A stretch of 24,114 bases of DNA. It comes from Paraphysomonas bandaiensis. Lineage: Eukaryota > Protista > Chrysophyceae. Shown here piece after piece: positions 10,468 to 21,572 of the stretch. Location: contig CBFFRP010000195.1 in assembly GCA_965644295.1 (NCBI GenBank), positions 1 through 24,114 on the forward strand, in the 5' to 3' direction. The notes below the pieces were generated by a model. It was not told the origin of the DNA. It saw only the letters and a program-made list of their open reading frames with translations, and searched no databases. Both the position numbers and the translations under genes were made by a program. Position 1 is the first letter of the stretch. Each line of letters opens with the position of its first letter.

Positions 10468-11633
10468 TGTAAAGCCGTGGGCTTTTTATAACACCCTTGT
10501 CTCATGTTTAATGATATAATATTATGATAATGACACTGAATAATATAATTCCAATACAACTATGATATTCATTTAAGGCATGTAGCTGGTTTAATATAGG
10601 AAACGAATGTAGTAAATGTTTATTATTATATTATGAGAGAACTGTGAGGAAGAAGAGTACTAGGACTTGCCCTCGAGCACACAATTTCGGTTTTGAGCAA
10701 TGGATTTCTACTCACTGGTATACACCTATATTCATATGGTAGTCGGTGTCGGTGTTATAGCGATTTAAGTAGCTCGTTGGACTCAGCTATACGACTATTT
10801 GCTGTTATCACACTCCATCAATTTTCTCCGGAAGGTGCACAAATTGGAAAGGGGCCTTAGGCATATGGCGAGAGGACGGTATGGGTGATATATGATACAG
10901 ATATGAAGGTGTAACTTTCGTTGGGAATGTTAATCGAAATCGATATGTGTTAATGCATTTAACGTTTGGAATGAGATTGAGTTTATCATGAAATGAGCTG
11001 GCGAATTTTTAGTGACTCGAAAACTAGTTTTTATTTTTTGGGGACTCTATAATTGGTGATTTCTTGCAAGACTCGGGAATTGGTTGTTTTTGGGGTCTTT
11101 GTAGCTCAGAAATCGGAGATTTTACAGTAAGATTCCAAAACCGGTGGTTTTGGGGTTTTCGGTCCAGAAATCGGGGATTTTACAGTAAGATTCCAAAACC
11201 GGTGGTTTTGGGGTTTTCGGTCCAGAAATCGGGGATTTTGGTTTTTCCGGGACCAGTAAACTGGCGGTTTTCTGTGAGGACGTTTTCTAGGCTTATTTCA
11301 GTTCGCATTTTGTGTACAATGGACATGGGACATGAACTGTATTCAGTGTACTGCATGTATGGTCATATTTATTGAACGGTGCTGGTTGTTTGCTTGACAT
11401 GTGTACTATGGGGGTCTTAGACTAGGAATCTGTCTTCTCACTTCTTTTTTATCTAACTAATCATAGCTAAGTTAATTGATCTACCTTTTGGGAGCTTAAG
11501 GTTGCGAGATACTTGGGAGCTTGTATTGCTGGCTGTGATAAGTTAAATAAGCATTCTGTTTTGTTGTTTCGATAAACAACCATTTCACATATCTTTTCAG
11601 TGATCTTAGGTTGCAAGACCTGAGTTGTTTACA
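10468..11633 (+). repeat. 3' LTR, family 1 (1166 bp)
   Basis: Matches the 5' LTR apart from one extra 58-bp tandem unit and a few changes in a T/G run. Confidence 0.95.
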
Positions 11634-11876
11634 GTACAAGTATGATACTGTAAACTGTAGATGATTCACAGCAAGATAGAGTGTTGTATGTTTTCACTTT
11701 TCTTTCTTTCTTTACACGTTTTAACGTAATTTAATTCATTCTATGCTCGCGGTTTGCTTGTGTTAGGAGGCAGTTTCACCGGTTTGGTGTTCTGGACAGT
11801 GCATTCTCGGTTTGGGAAGCACTTTAAATTCATATAAAACGTTGTAAACACGGTCTTTCTCATCAGAAAGATTACA

Positions 11877-12144
11877 ACTCTCAGATGACACTTCTTACTA
11901 TGTGGTTCAGAGTTGCAGGCTTATAACTGCCTTCCAACGTGCACAATCAAATGATGGTATAATGTTTTGTCTGTTTGTACTTGTTGGACCTCTCTACACG
12001 AGTCCACTCTCCTCAATCCACTGTATGAGGCTCTGTGCTACAGCCCCGTGACCAAACACTGCCATAAAGATACATGTGACCTTCCTGGAAGGTGGTCATA
12101 AGCCTGCAACTCTGAACTACGTAGAAAGAGTGTCATCTGAGAGT
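11877..12144. repeat. Imperfect inverted repeat of about 59 bp (11877-11935 / 12087-12144); MITE or foldback-like relic
   Basis: ACTCTCAGATGACAC...GTTCAGAGTTGCAGGCTTAT...CCTTCC occurs on both strands with a spacer of about 150 bp. Confidence 0.7.
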
Positions 12145-12586
12145 GGTATCAGCTCTGCAGCATTCGGATGTATGTGTGTGTATCAGTCTGTCTGTCATGA
12201 TGCAGAAGAAAGGACTGTTACTACGAAAGCTTCGTGCTTCAAAGGCATTTCATGTAACCTTTAACCTGCCATAAGTAGCTAGAAACCACACTGTGTTTCA
12301 TTTATAGTATTATATTTAAAGTAGTATAGTATCTAATCATGTGTTGTATGTGTATATATAGTTACGTTGATGTGAGATTTTCATAAGTAGTAATACAGTA
12401 GATTTATATGAAAAGTAACAATATAATACAATATTTTAGTAAAATAGTTTTAAAATATATTATAATTGAAAATATACAAACAACTAAATTGTAATTAGCA
12501 TTCACCCTAGTCTTCAAATAAGTACATATACAACACTTTTGCATATATGAAACCTGGTGAAATCACTTTACCAGGTTTCATGATCA

Positions 12587-13324
12587 CACCGACGAAAGGA
12601 TTGGGAGGATAAGGCTCTAGTTGGATATTTAATGGGTTCCTCTGATGAGAAGGTAGGATACCATGTATATCTTCCTGAATCAAACAAGGTGGTGACTACA
12701 GTCCATATATTGACTGATGAGTCAACGCCATCACGATCGGAGAAGTATTTCGCAGAGATTGATGCTCTTCGAGTGCGGGAGGCCGCTAGACCCAAGCTTG
12801 CATCCGACTATGTCAGCTTAGAAGGAACGTATCATATTGATGATGAGGACGGACTTCTGTATAAGACAACAAGAGTTGTAGAACGTAAGGGTGTGATTGT
12901 AGCATACCGTTCACTTGTTACTGCAGGTCGCGAGCATATAGAGCACCGGGTGCCTATACACGTCGAAGACGTGGTGCGTATGACTGCAGAAACCCCCGGG
13001 AATACCGGGTACATAGGAAAGGGGGACGCCCTGAGTACTACGCCAGCCAGGGAGCTGGACCAGGGAAGACCTGGAGGGTTCCAGGAGAGTCCTGACCCAA
13101 CCTGTCAACAGGCAGTCGTGAGGTTGCAGACCTTGACAGACCGTGGGTCTGGGGATGCGAGCGGGGCTCCTCCCACACCGCAAGATTTGCGGGCTCAGGA
13201 TGAGCAAGGTATGGGTTCGTATATATCTACTAGACGACCTATTGAACTAGATGGTGATGGTCGTGTACGGCGGAAACGGCTACAGCGTAGGTTGGCGAAC
13301 GCATCGGTGTTAGGAGAAATAAAT
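12587..13324 (+). pseudogene. pol: Copia Pol fragment: integrase C-terminal (GKGY/SH3-like) region and linker
   Basis: HRRKDWEDKALVGYLMG...VGYHVYLPESNKVVTTVHILTDE fits the Copia K-x-D-x-K...G-x-F-x-GY...GY-x-x-Y...V-x-F-x-E pattern. Confidence 0.85.
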
Positions 13325-14224
13325 TCTAAGTAGGTGAGATCAACAGATGCAATGATAATATCATCAACATATATCAGCAATAAGTGCAATTGACCATTAC
13401 TCCATCGCATATACAAGCATGTATCTAAAATGCAAGCAGTAAAATGTAACGATTTGATAAACTTGTCAATATGCTTGTTCCACTGCCTCGGTGATGACCG
13501 CAAACCATATAAGGCCTTGATCAATTGAAAACACCACCCCGCTGGCAACTCTTCATCAGGTGGAGGTGTCATATAAACATCCTCCTCAAGATCGGCATAA
13601 CAAAACGCTGATGATACGTCCAACTGATGTACATGCATATGAAACATAAAGGCAATTGCAAGCACCAGTCGAATGGTTATTCCTTTGACCACTGGAGCAA
13701 ACGTGAACTGCTCCTCCTCCGTTTTTTCTTGTAAATTTCCTAATGCAACCAGCCGCGCCTTATACTTGACTACATTCCCCAGAAGGTCTCTCTTCACCGT
13801 GTGAACATACTTTGCTCGCACCAACTTCACTCCCCGTGGAGTCCGCACAATCTTTAAGACACGTCTCTTCAGTAGTGAGGTCTTCTCCACCTTCCGAGCT
13901 TCTCGCCACTTCATGTACTGTGGAGATCTCTCCGCTTCAGCATAGGAGTCTGGTATCTTAAAGTCATCATGTTGAAACTCTGCATGTTTAAAGTTAACAG
14001 TGCATGCATCTGGCACCTCAACCATATTTATTTCTCCTAACACCGATGCGTTCGCCAACCTACGCTGTAGCCGTTTCCGCCGTACACGACCATCACCATC
14101 TAGTTCAATAGGTCGTCTAGTAGATATATACGAACCCATACCTTGCTCATCCTGAGCCCGCAAATCTTGCGGTGTGGGAGGAGCCCCGCTCGCATCCCCA
14201 GACCCACGGTCTGTCAAGGTCTGC
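13325..14224 (-). pseudogene. pol: Inverted Copia RT N-terminal part
   Basis: YKARLVALG, TFAPV, QLDVSSAF, LIKALYGLRSSPRQW and IYVDDII are RVT_2-type motifs. Confidence 0.93.
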
Positions 14225-15119
14225 GGACTGGTACATGTTAGATCAATCGAAATATGCCAAGAATATTGTAAAGAAATTCGATTCGTTTATGGGAAAGAGC
14301 AGTAAGAATAAGGAGACTCCACTACCTACCAATGTTCAGGATTTGTTGGCAGAGCAACGTGAGCTGACGGAGGAGCAGAAGCAGTGGGTCGAATCATTTC
14401 CGTATAGAGGAATTATTGGAGCGGTGTTGCATTTGGCGATTCACACTAGACCTGATCTGGCTTACGCTGTGGGGTTATTGGCTCGATTTAGTACTTCTCC
14501 AACATATGCGACTTGCAGATTAGCTATTCATTTGTTGAAATATTTACGTGGTACAGTTGATAAGGGAATCAGATTCAGTGGGAGTGAGTTTGATTTACAT
14601 GTATTCAGTGATTCAGACTGGGCTGGTGATAGGATGACTAGGCGGTCCACAACGGGATACATCGTGCTTTTATGTGCGGGCGCTTTGGCCTGGCAGTCCA
14701 AGTTTCAGACCACAGTTGCGACTTCGAGCATGGAATCTGAGTATATGGCGGAGTATGCGGCTTTGCAAGAACTGGTGTGGCTTCGGGGGGTGTTCAAGGA
14801 GCTCGGACTCTTGGTAGCGAAGCCGACTCCATTCTTTATGGATAGTAAGAGTGCAAAGGATCTTTCAGAGAATCCAGTGTATCATAAGAGGTCGAAGCAT
14901 ATTGACATCAAGTATCACTGGATAAGAGAACATGGTAATGGCAAATTTCCTACAGCAAAATTGATTCATGTATCTACGGATGATATGGCGGCCGATATTT
15001 TTACAAAGGCGTTGTCCACGAAGATCTTCAGCCGTCATGAGAAAACGATTACCGGGGTTAAGAGGAGTGTGTCTAACAGTGTGGAGGAGCAGCAGAAGAA
15101 ACGACCCCGAAGAGGTTAA
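14225..15119 (+). pseudogene. pol: Copia RT C-terminal part and RNase H
   Basis: LDQSKY, PYRGIIG, TRPDLAYAV, SDSDWAG, ESEYMA, RSKHIDIKYHWIRE, ADIFTKAL. Confidence 0.93.
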
Positions 15120-15298
15120 AGGTGTGTTTTAGTGGGTGAAAATCCCACATAACTGTATATCTAGTTGACTACTAGGTATATATGTATCTTTAAAAGATTT
15201 CACATCTGTTTTTACCTATGGGACTAGATAGTCATAGCATTATCAGATTATTGTGATCACTGTTGTTTTATCTCACTGCATTCTACATTGAGTGGGAG

Positions 15299-15625
15299 TA
15301 TTAGAATATGGATCTTATTCTAGTATATTCAGTATGTCACTTCAAGACAATGTACGAGAATACAGTGAAATATAGTGATGTACAAATGCTGTGATGATAT
15401 TGAGAAACTGAAATAGTTTGATCGTTCAAGATATGTTCAGTAACGAGAGGTTCGCATATGTAGGATATTATGCAGGGATTATAATGAGTTAGTGTTGGTT
15501 ATCACAACTTCGTGTAAACGATATTAATAAATCTATCTAGTCTTACGACAAATTCTCTCTGTGATCTAGCTTAAAATGAGCATTTCTCAATAGTTATTGA
15601 TGTCGAGTAGTATAGGAGTACTACA
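15299..15625 (+). repeat. Putative Copia 3' LTR after PPT GAGTGGGAG (15290-15298)
   Basis: Copia-like TTGAGTGGGAG followed by TATTAG; AATAAA inside; candidate end CTACA at 15625. No second LTR is available to confirm. Confidence 0.5.
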
Positions 15626-16130
15626 AGTGATAGATTAACTGAATTATTATTTTGAATTGTTTTTGTTCTGTTGCATATTTACTAAAATTGTTTCTACTTC
15701 TTAATTTATATTATGTTACACCCATTGAGATTTACTTAAAATCGGACATTGACTGTGTCGTAGAAGCTGGCTTAGTTTGGTCAGCAAGAAGAAGTGTGTA
15801 GCCATCAGTGTTGAACTTTATTACTTTCATTCAACTCGTAATTAAATTTCACACTGGAGAAAGAAAATATTAAAAATCCAAAACAAAAACGATGTTACGT
15901 AAAATCATACATACGACAGAGTTAAAGTAGATACGAATATGTACTGCTGGTTTGTGGTATGTATGCGTTGACTTTGCATGAGCAGAAGTGATTACAATTG
16001 TATGCACTTTATCATGCGAAATATCCAAAGAAAATAAAGGACCGAACAGAATCTCAAAAGAAAATAAAGGACCAAGTGGGGTCAAAACAAAATAAGAGAC
16101 TCGCAAGTACGCGATTAAATAGCAAGTAAC

Positions 16131-17860
16131 CTACGCCGCATCGATTGGCTCTCGATCTGATTCCGATACATAAACCTCCTCTCCCTCCAAGGGATCAACT
16201 AAAGGCCAAGTCAGCGTCTTAGCAAAGGCTTGCTTGATGCAACAAGGTAGCGTGGGGTCAGAGGTAAACTCATTCCATGCCTGATTGATTATTTCGTTGA
16301 AGTGAAAAACAATCATAGGCTCTCCAGGGTTTCTGTGCTTCCATCAGGAAAAGCACCTCCGATAGGCAGCTTTGAGCTTAGCGTTGGGCCCGTTATCGAT
16401 GGGGGCGTCATTAACAGAGTTGTTAGCACAGAGAAAATTGATATACACATTATGAGTAATAGCGTGCCGGATAGAGTTGGGGTCAAAGTGTGAGCCATGC
16501 CCATCAATGTAGACCCACTTAGCCCTGCCCGACGCTGACATCTCCGATACAGGTATTCCGGTCAGCATATCCCGACGGAGTAGAATCCACATGGAAAGTG
16601 GGGTCGAGGTTGAGGTGCAAATGTCCCCTCATCGCCTCGCCATCACCACCCTGGTGAATGATGATGGGTCTAGTTGTCGACCCATCCGGGCGAATACCAT
16701 ACAAAAGTGTTACCCAGAAGGATGTATGCTCACCGTGTCTTGCAGAGAATCGCCTTTCCTTCCGCTCCTGAAAGAGTTTGAAGGTAGGGAAGGCGTGCCC
16801 CCAAGGGTCGAAGCCAATTTCGTCCCAGTTCTCGATATCCTCCAGGTCTGGCCCATATGACGGGAAGACCCCTTTCTCTATACACTCCCTGAGGTGCTGC
16901 ATGAACTTACGGGCCATAGTACTCGCCCGGGTCGGGCAGGCCGCTGCTGCCCGCTTGTAGGAAAGATCGGATTTCTTCGTCAAAGCGGGCAAACAATTTT
17001 CACCAAGGTCAAAAGTGCAGGGTTTGAGAAAGTTGTCTCTAAGAAAGGTTTTACTGCATTTTGCATGATCAAGGCGTACCGACTCCGGGGTATCCTTGCC
17101 TCCATTGGCAGTGCGTATAGCACTGGCATGGGCGCGGCAATACTCCCTGGCTAGGGCTTGCATATGGGCATTGCTGTACCTGCAAAAATAATTACAAACC
17201 GTACACTGTACGTCATCATCCACATCATACACTTTCATGTACATACCCATATCCAGCTTTATCTTGAAGGTCCATCTTCGTAGCCATTATATCCCGATCC
17301 GCAATGGAGTGAAGCAATCCTTTAGGACCAGAAAGGGAGTAATCCAGCTCCATGATGGCCTCCTGCAACACAGAATGGTTCGTTGGATCGTTGCGAAACA
17401 TATTAAACTCCTTCGTGGTGAGTCCATGCAACTCCCGGACGGTGTTCATATCCCGCTCCTGGGTGCGAATAGAGACACCGTACTCCGTGAGAACATATTT
17501 AGAGCTCTTGCCATCAATTACCCTGGCAATGAGCCCGGCCCTACGCTCTTCAACTGTGTAAACTTTGTAGCTCTGTTTCACGTCTACCTCAGGGATATTA
17601 TCGATTGCGTTGATAATCGCCCTTTCTGTCGCCATACTGGGGAAGCTGCTCGTCTCTTCGGGCAGATCCGGCAAAGCCTCCAACACCAAATTAGCCTTTC
17701 GCTTGTGAGGTACATTTCCTGGAAGCACACCATACTGCTTGGCACGCTTAACCTCAATCACAACATCCCTTTTCCCCAATGGGGGCAGTGTGACTTCGTC
17801 CATACGACTGTCAGTATGAGTATGAGTGATTCGGGGTCGCTGTGGACGTCCTCGCATCAT
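16131..17860 (-). pseudogene. Pogo/Fot1-like (Tc1-mariner superfamily) DD35D transposase pseudogene with one intron
   Basis: HTH-like N-terminus; NWDEIG, PIIIHQG, TPSGY, IDGHGSH and APID (35 residues between the second and third Asp), QAW, IKQAF...WP. GT-AG intron 17246-17180, frameshift near 16550, in-frame TGA at 16344-16346. Confidence 0.85.
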
Positions 17861-17928
17861 ACTCGATCAATTCTACATGAAAATCAGATCAGACGACGTC
17901 ATCATGAGCAGTGATTACTGTTTACTGT

Positions 17929-18952
17929 TGTGACCACGTGGCATTTCCTATGCCCTATCTACGTGGCTATAGTACCAGAACTGCATGCATTGCCCATTCA
18001 GGACCCTGTGATATTAGTTTAGGACCCTATATCAAGAACATTATATCATCAGGACCCTATACCATGTCTAGGATGCATATTCTATGTTATACTTATTAAG
18101 ATGGGGTAACGAGCTATGATGTACCTACACACTGAATCAACGTTCAGGTGTGATGTCCACTTTATCTGCTGATGATGATGTACACTATGATCTGCTGATG
18201 GTGACTTCACGCAATGTGAAACCTGCCACAAATTTATAATAAAGTTATGTGGGTCAGTATTCCAGTGTAGCAGTTGCAGTGTATACTTCCATAGGAATAC
18301 GTACTGGTATTACCCATACTACCCTATAGGGGGGCAAGTACATATCACATCAAGGGTGAATGGATATTATATACTCGAGGTGCACGAGAGTTCATACCAG
18401 ACTCAGTGGGGAATCAATTGTGACATGCAATACCTGGTATTCAGGGTTGTATTTACGTATAATCTGGATATTAGGGATTTTGGGTTCTTGAATGCTAAAA
18501 TACACCAAAGTGGCGGTATACTGTTTTTGTAAGGGAATTTAGGTAGAAAGTAAAACGTAGGATGTAGTGTACTATTAGTATGCGGTTATACGTTGCTCCT
18601 AGGTTGCTGTGTGTATTCAGTTTATAGAATAAACACGTTTCTGTGGGTAGTGATGACGTTGCAGGGTGTTGTGATATTGTTGAGGAGTAGGAGTGGGTGT
18701 AACATGTATGCTATGGTGTTATGCACTTGTTTAGGCTTAACCGAAGTGCTTGGTGCCAACGATCTTGTTGCACTGGCGGTGTTCCTTGCGTGGTGATACT
18801 TGGCGGGTATCATTTACTGAGCATTAGGTTTTTCCTAGAGCAGTCAAAACATAATTAATTATACATTGTTTTCACACTTGCGTGTTTGTGTGCTATACCT
18901 GTACTGCGAGCCGTGGTTCTGGTTATCAAACCGGGTTACGTCATAATTCAAT
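17929..18952 (+). repeat. Family-2 LTR copy C, 3'-truncated
   Basis: Start matches copy A over about 46 bp; from about 18025 it is highly similar to copy B (2670-3605). Confidence 0.85.
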
Positions 18953-20295
18953 GACATGCTTACATTCCTTCCCTTTGTAGCAGTTCCCATACAACGCATA
19001 CGCAACGCAACCACGGGTTGGATTAACAGTCTTCTCCAGGTTCATCACCTGTTCTATAGCTTCCTTATCAGACTCTGGTTCGCCGAGCAACATCTCCTCA
19101 ACCTCATTCTCGAAATCATCATCTGACATCCCGTCATCCTTGACCACAACTATCGGGTCAACCTCCTTGTCATCTAAATCACTGTAGAAATCATCCTCAA
19201 CTCGATCCGCAAACTGCACGTTGTTTAAAGATTTCGGTTTCTCCTTTGCAACGTATCCATTGTCCCGATTCCTCGAACTCCTTTGAATTTGCTTCCTACT
19301 GAAATCGGACCCTTCATAAGGCACCAATCTGATGTTCTTGGACGCCTCATAATGCTCACTCGCCTTGGAAACGTATGTATCCAGAAACTCTTCAACATTA
19401 CCATAATTAGTATCCGTCACCCTTGGAATCTCAGCCAGAACTCGTTTGTTGTAAGACTCGTCGACCAACTCCAAAAATACTTGAGCCGATCCAAACTCTT
19501 TTCCTCCAACCGGCGGACACTTAGTACTATTGGCCTCCATCATGATAGTAAACGTACGCATAAAAATACTCTTTCGCTTCAAAATCTCTTGAAAAACAGC
19601 TCATGTGTATTCGGCCGCACTGATTTCCAATCCAGTGGCTTAAAATACCTCAGCGCGTATCGCAAAGTCTCAATGAACTCTACTTTGGACAACACCTTGG
19701 TCTCCTTAGCCATCAGCTCACAGAATTTCTGAGCACTCAACTTAACAAACATTTTATCCGTCAAGCTATTGTTGAACATAAGCAGGTTCCGAACACGCCT
19801 GCTAACTATCTGGGCTGGCTCAAGCTTAATCCCATTGATCTGTTCATATTCAAACCATTGGATGATAAACTTTGTAAAATCACTAAGCTCCATCGAATCC
19901 AGAAAAATATGCTTATGGGATGGCTTTTCAACATTGATGATGACATGCTTTGGAACCTCCATTCCCTCTGAAGACTCAGCCTCCCTCATGAATACAGATG
20001 TCCTTCGCTCTTTCTTCTTGCCTTTGTCGTCGGCAGCCCTGCCACTCTCTCTGGTATGTCCCTGCTGCTCTTCACGCTGGTCACGGATGGCCTCATCTAC
20101 TTCCTTCTGAGCTTCCTCCAGCTCATTAACTAAAACTTCTTCATTAATAGACATTCTGGACTCCAGATTATCTACCCTACTGGCAGTTGCTACACACAAC
20201 TTAGTGACGTTCTCCAAATTGAGAGCAATTCCCCGTAACATTTCCTTAACTTCATCTAACTCAGATGAACCAACAGGACCCTCCGAATCAGACAT
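18953..20295 (-). pseudogene. gag: gag with a 1-bp deletion near 19592, truncated inside the zinc finger
   Basis: Two ORFs (19579-20295 and 18941-19582) jointly align to the 458-aa Gag; T6 run shortened to T5. Confidence 0.9.
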
Positions 20296-20363
20296 TTCGA
20301 TATATATCTATAATCTACAATAATGATATCTTCACTTACGTGTTTTACCGTTAGTAAATTTAC

Positions 20364-21572
20364 TATGAACAACTCAGGTCTTGCAACCTAAGATCACTGA
20401 AAAGATATGAAATGGTTGTTTATCGAAACAACAAAACAGAAAGCTATAATAATAACTCTTTAAGAAACCAACAGCCAGAAACACAAGCTCCCCTGTATCC
20501 TGCAATCTAAAGCTCCCAATAGACAGATCAGTCAACCAACTATGTTAATTTCATAGAGAATTATTATTAAAAACTAAGTTACAAGCAAAACGAAAGACAG
20601 ACCCCTAGTCTAAAGACTCCTCCTCATACACAGGACATTGAATGCAACCACAACCGTACAATATGCTCAAACATGTACTACACTACATACGATTCATATC
20701 CTACATCGTTTATAGTCAAAAACCCCCTGAAATACGCCTAAATAGGTCTTTTCCAAAAACCTCCGATTTTTGAGTCCCAAAAAACCCAAAAATCCCCAAT
20801 TTTTGAGAATTGCAGAAAATCGCCGATTTTCGAGCCACAAACACCCAAAAATGACAATCTTCGAATCCACAAAAATTGCAAGCACATTTCATGACAACTG
20901 CAATCACATTTCAACCCGTTAAACATCGCCATTCCTGCGAACCAGTGTACAACAGACCTAGCCATCTATACATAGGGAAATTTTACCATCAGCATGCCTA
21001 GAACACCTATGCATCTGTGCCCAATGGCACCCTACGAATTCCTCCCCATTCCACAGAAAATCGATGGTGTGTGATAATGGGAAAATAATCGTATATCATA
21101 GTCCGGAACGATGAGCAAGCACATAGAGCTGTTCAAAACCATCAGAAAGCTTCTCATAATGATGAATGGACTACGAATATCGCACATGCGGTACCAATCA
21201 ATGTTTCCTAACTCAAATCGCTGTTACACCGACTGCTATATGGATATAGGTGTAAACCAACGGGTGGCAATCACGTAGGCCCACGAAATTGTGTGTATCA
21301 CTGCTTCCTAACCCCAATCGCTGCCGTATGCCTCCTCCTAATCACGCTGGTATTACTCATCCCCGTCGAAAAGCTCGTAGGAAATACAGAAGTCGTGTCC
21401 ATGATGGTTAGTAAGTCTTGTTTCGTTCCCTTTAGATCACTCTAATAATTCAATCTATCAACTACTTATAAAACTTGTTCATTCCTTCTCCATATACTAT
21501 AACCGCCTATTATACCAATATATATCATCATATAAAACTACCAAGGGCGTTATAAAAGCCCACGGCTTTACA
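20364..21572 (-). repeat. 5' LTR of the family-1 variant (about 1209 bp)
   Basis: First ~30 and last ~75 nt are conserved with 3860-4967; the interior is only patchily similar. Confidence 0.85.

Larger units (their letters stand above)
3860..11633 (+). mobile_element. Full-length Ty3/Gypsy LTR retrotransposon (chromovirus-like), family 1
   Basis: Two near-identical LTRs with TGTAAA...TTTACA ends; 4-bp target duplication GTAC (3856-3859 and 11634-11637); gag-PR-RT-RH-IN order; PPT before the 3' LTR. Confidence 0.97.
2518..11876 (+). repeat. Family-2 LTR copy B (about 1.58 kb: 2518-3859 plus 11638-11876), split by the family-1 insertion
   Basis: TGT start after a PPT. Homologous to copies A and C. 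End ...CAGAAAGATTACA at 11876 is defined by an identical inverted copy at 24076-24114 that diverges right after this point. Confidence 0.7.
12584..15625 (+). mobile_element. 5'-truncated, internally rearranged Ty1/Copia LTR retrotransposon
   Basis: Integrase C-terminus, then RT, RNase H, PPT and a putative LTR, in Copia domain order. Right boundary tentative. Confidence 0.9.
18953..21572 (-). mobile_element. Truncated Gypsy family-1 variant: 5' LTR plus gag
   Basis: Minus strand starts TGTAAAGCCGTGGGCTTTT at 21572; U5 end matches family 1; gag is homologous to 5034-6362. Confidence 0.93.

Noticed and set aside
17237-17914. 225-aa plus-strand ORF
   Set aside because: Antisense to the transposase N-terminus, with no recognisable motif.
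17909-17928. CAGT-containing stretch as a pogo TIR
   Set aside because: No matching inverted copy or TA duplication found downstream of the transposase.
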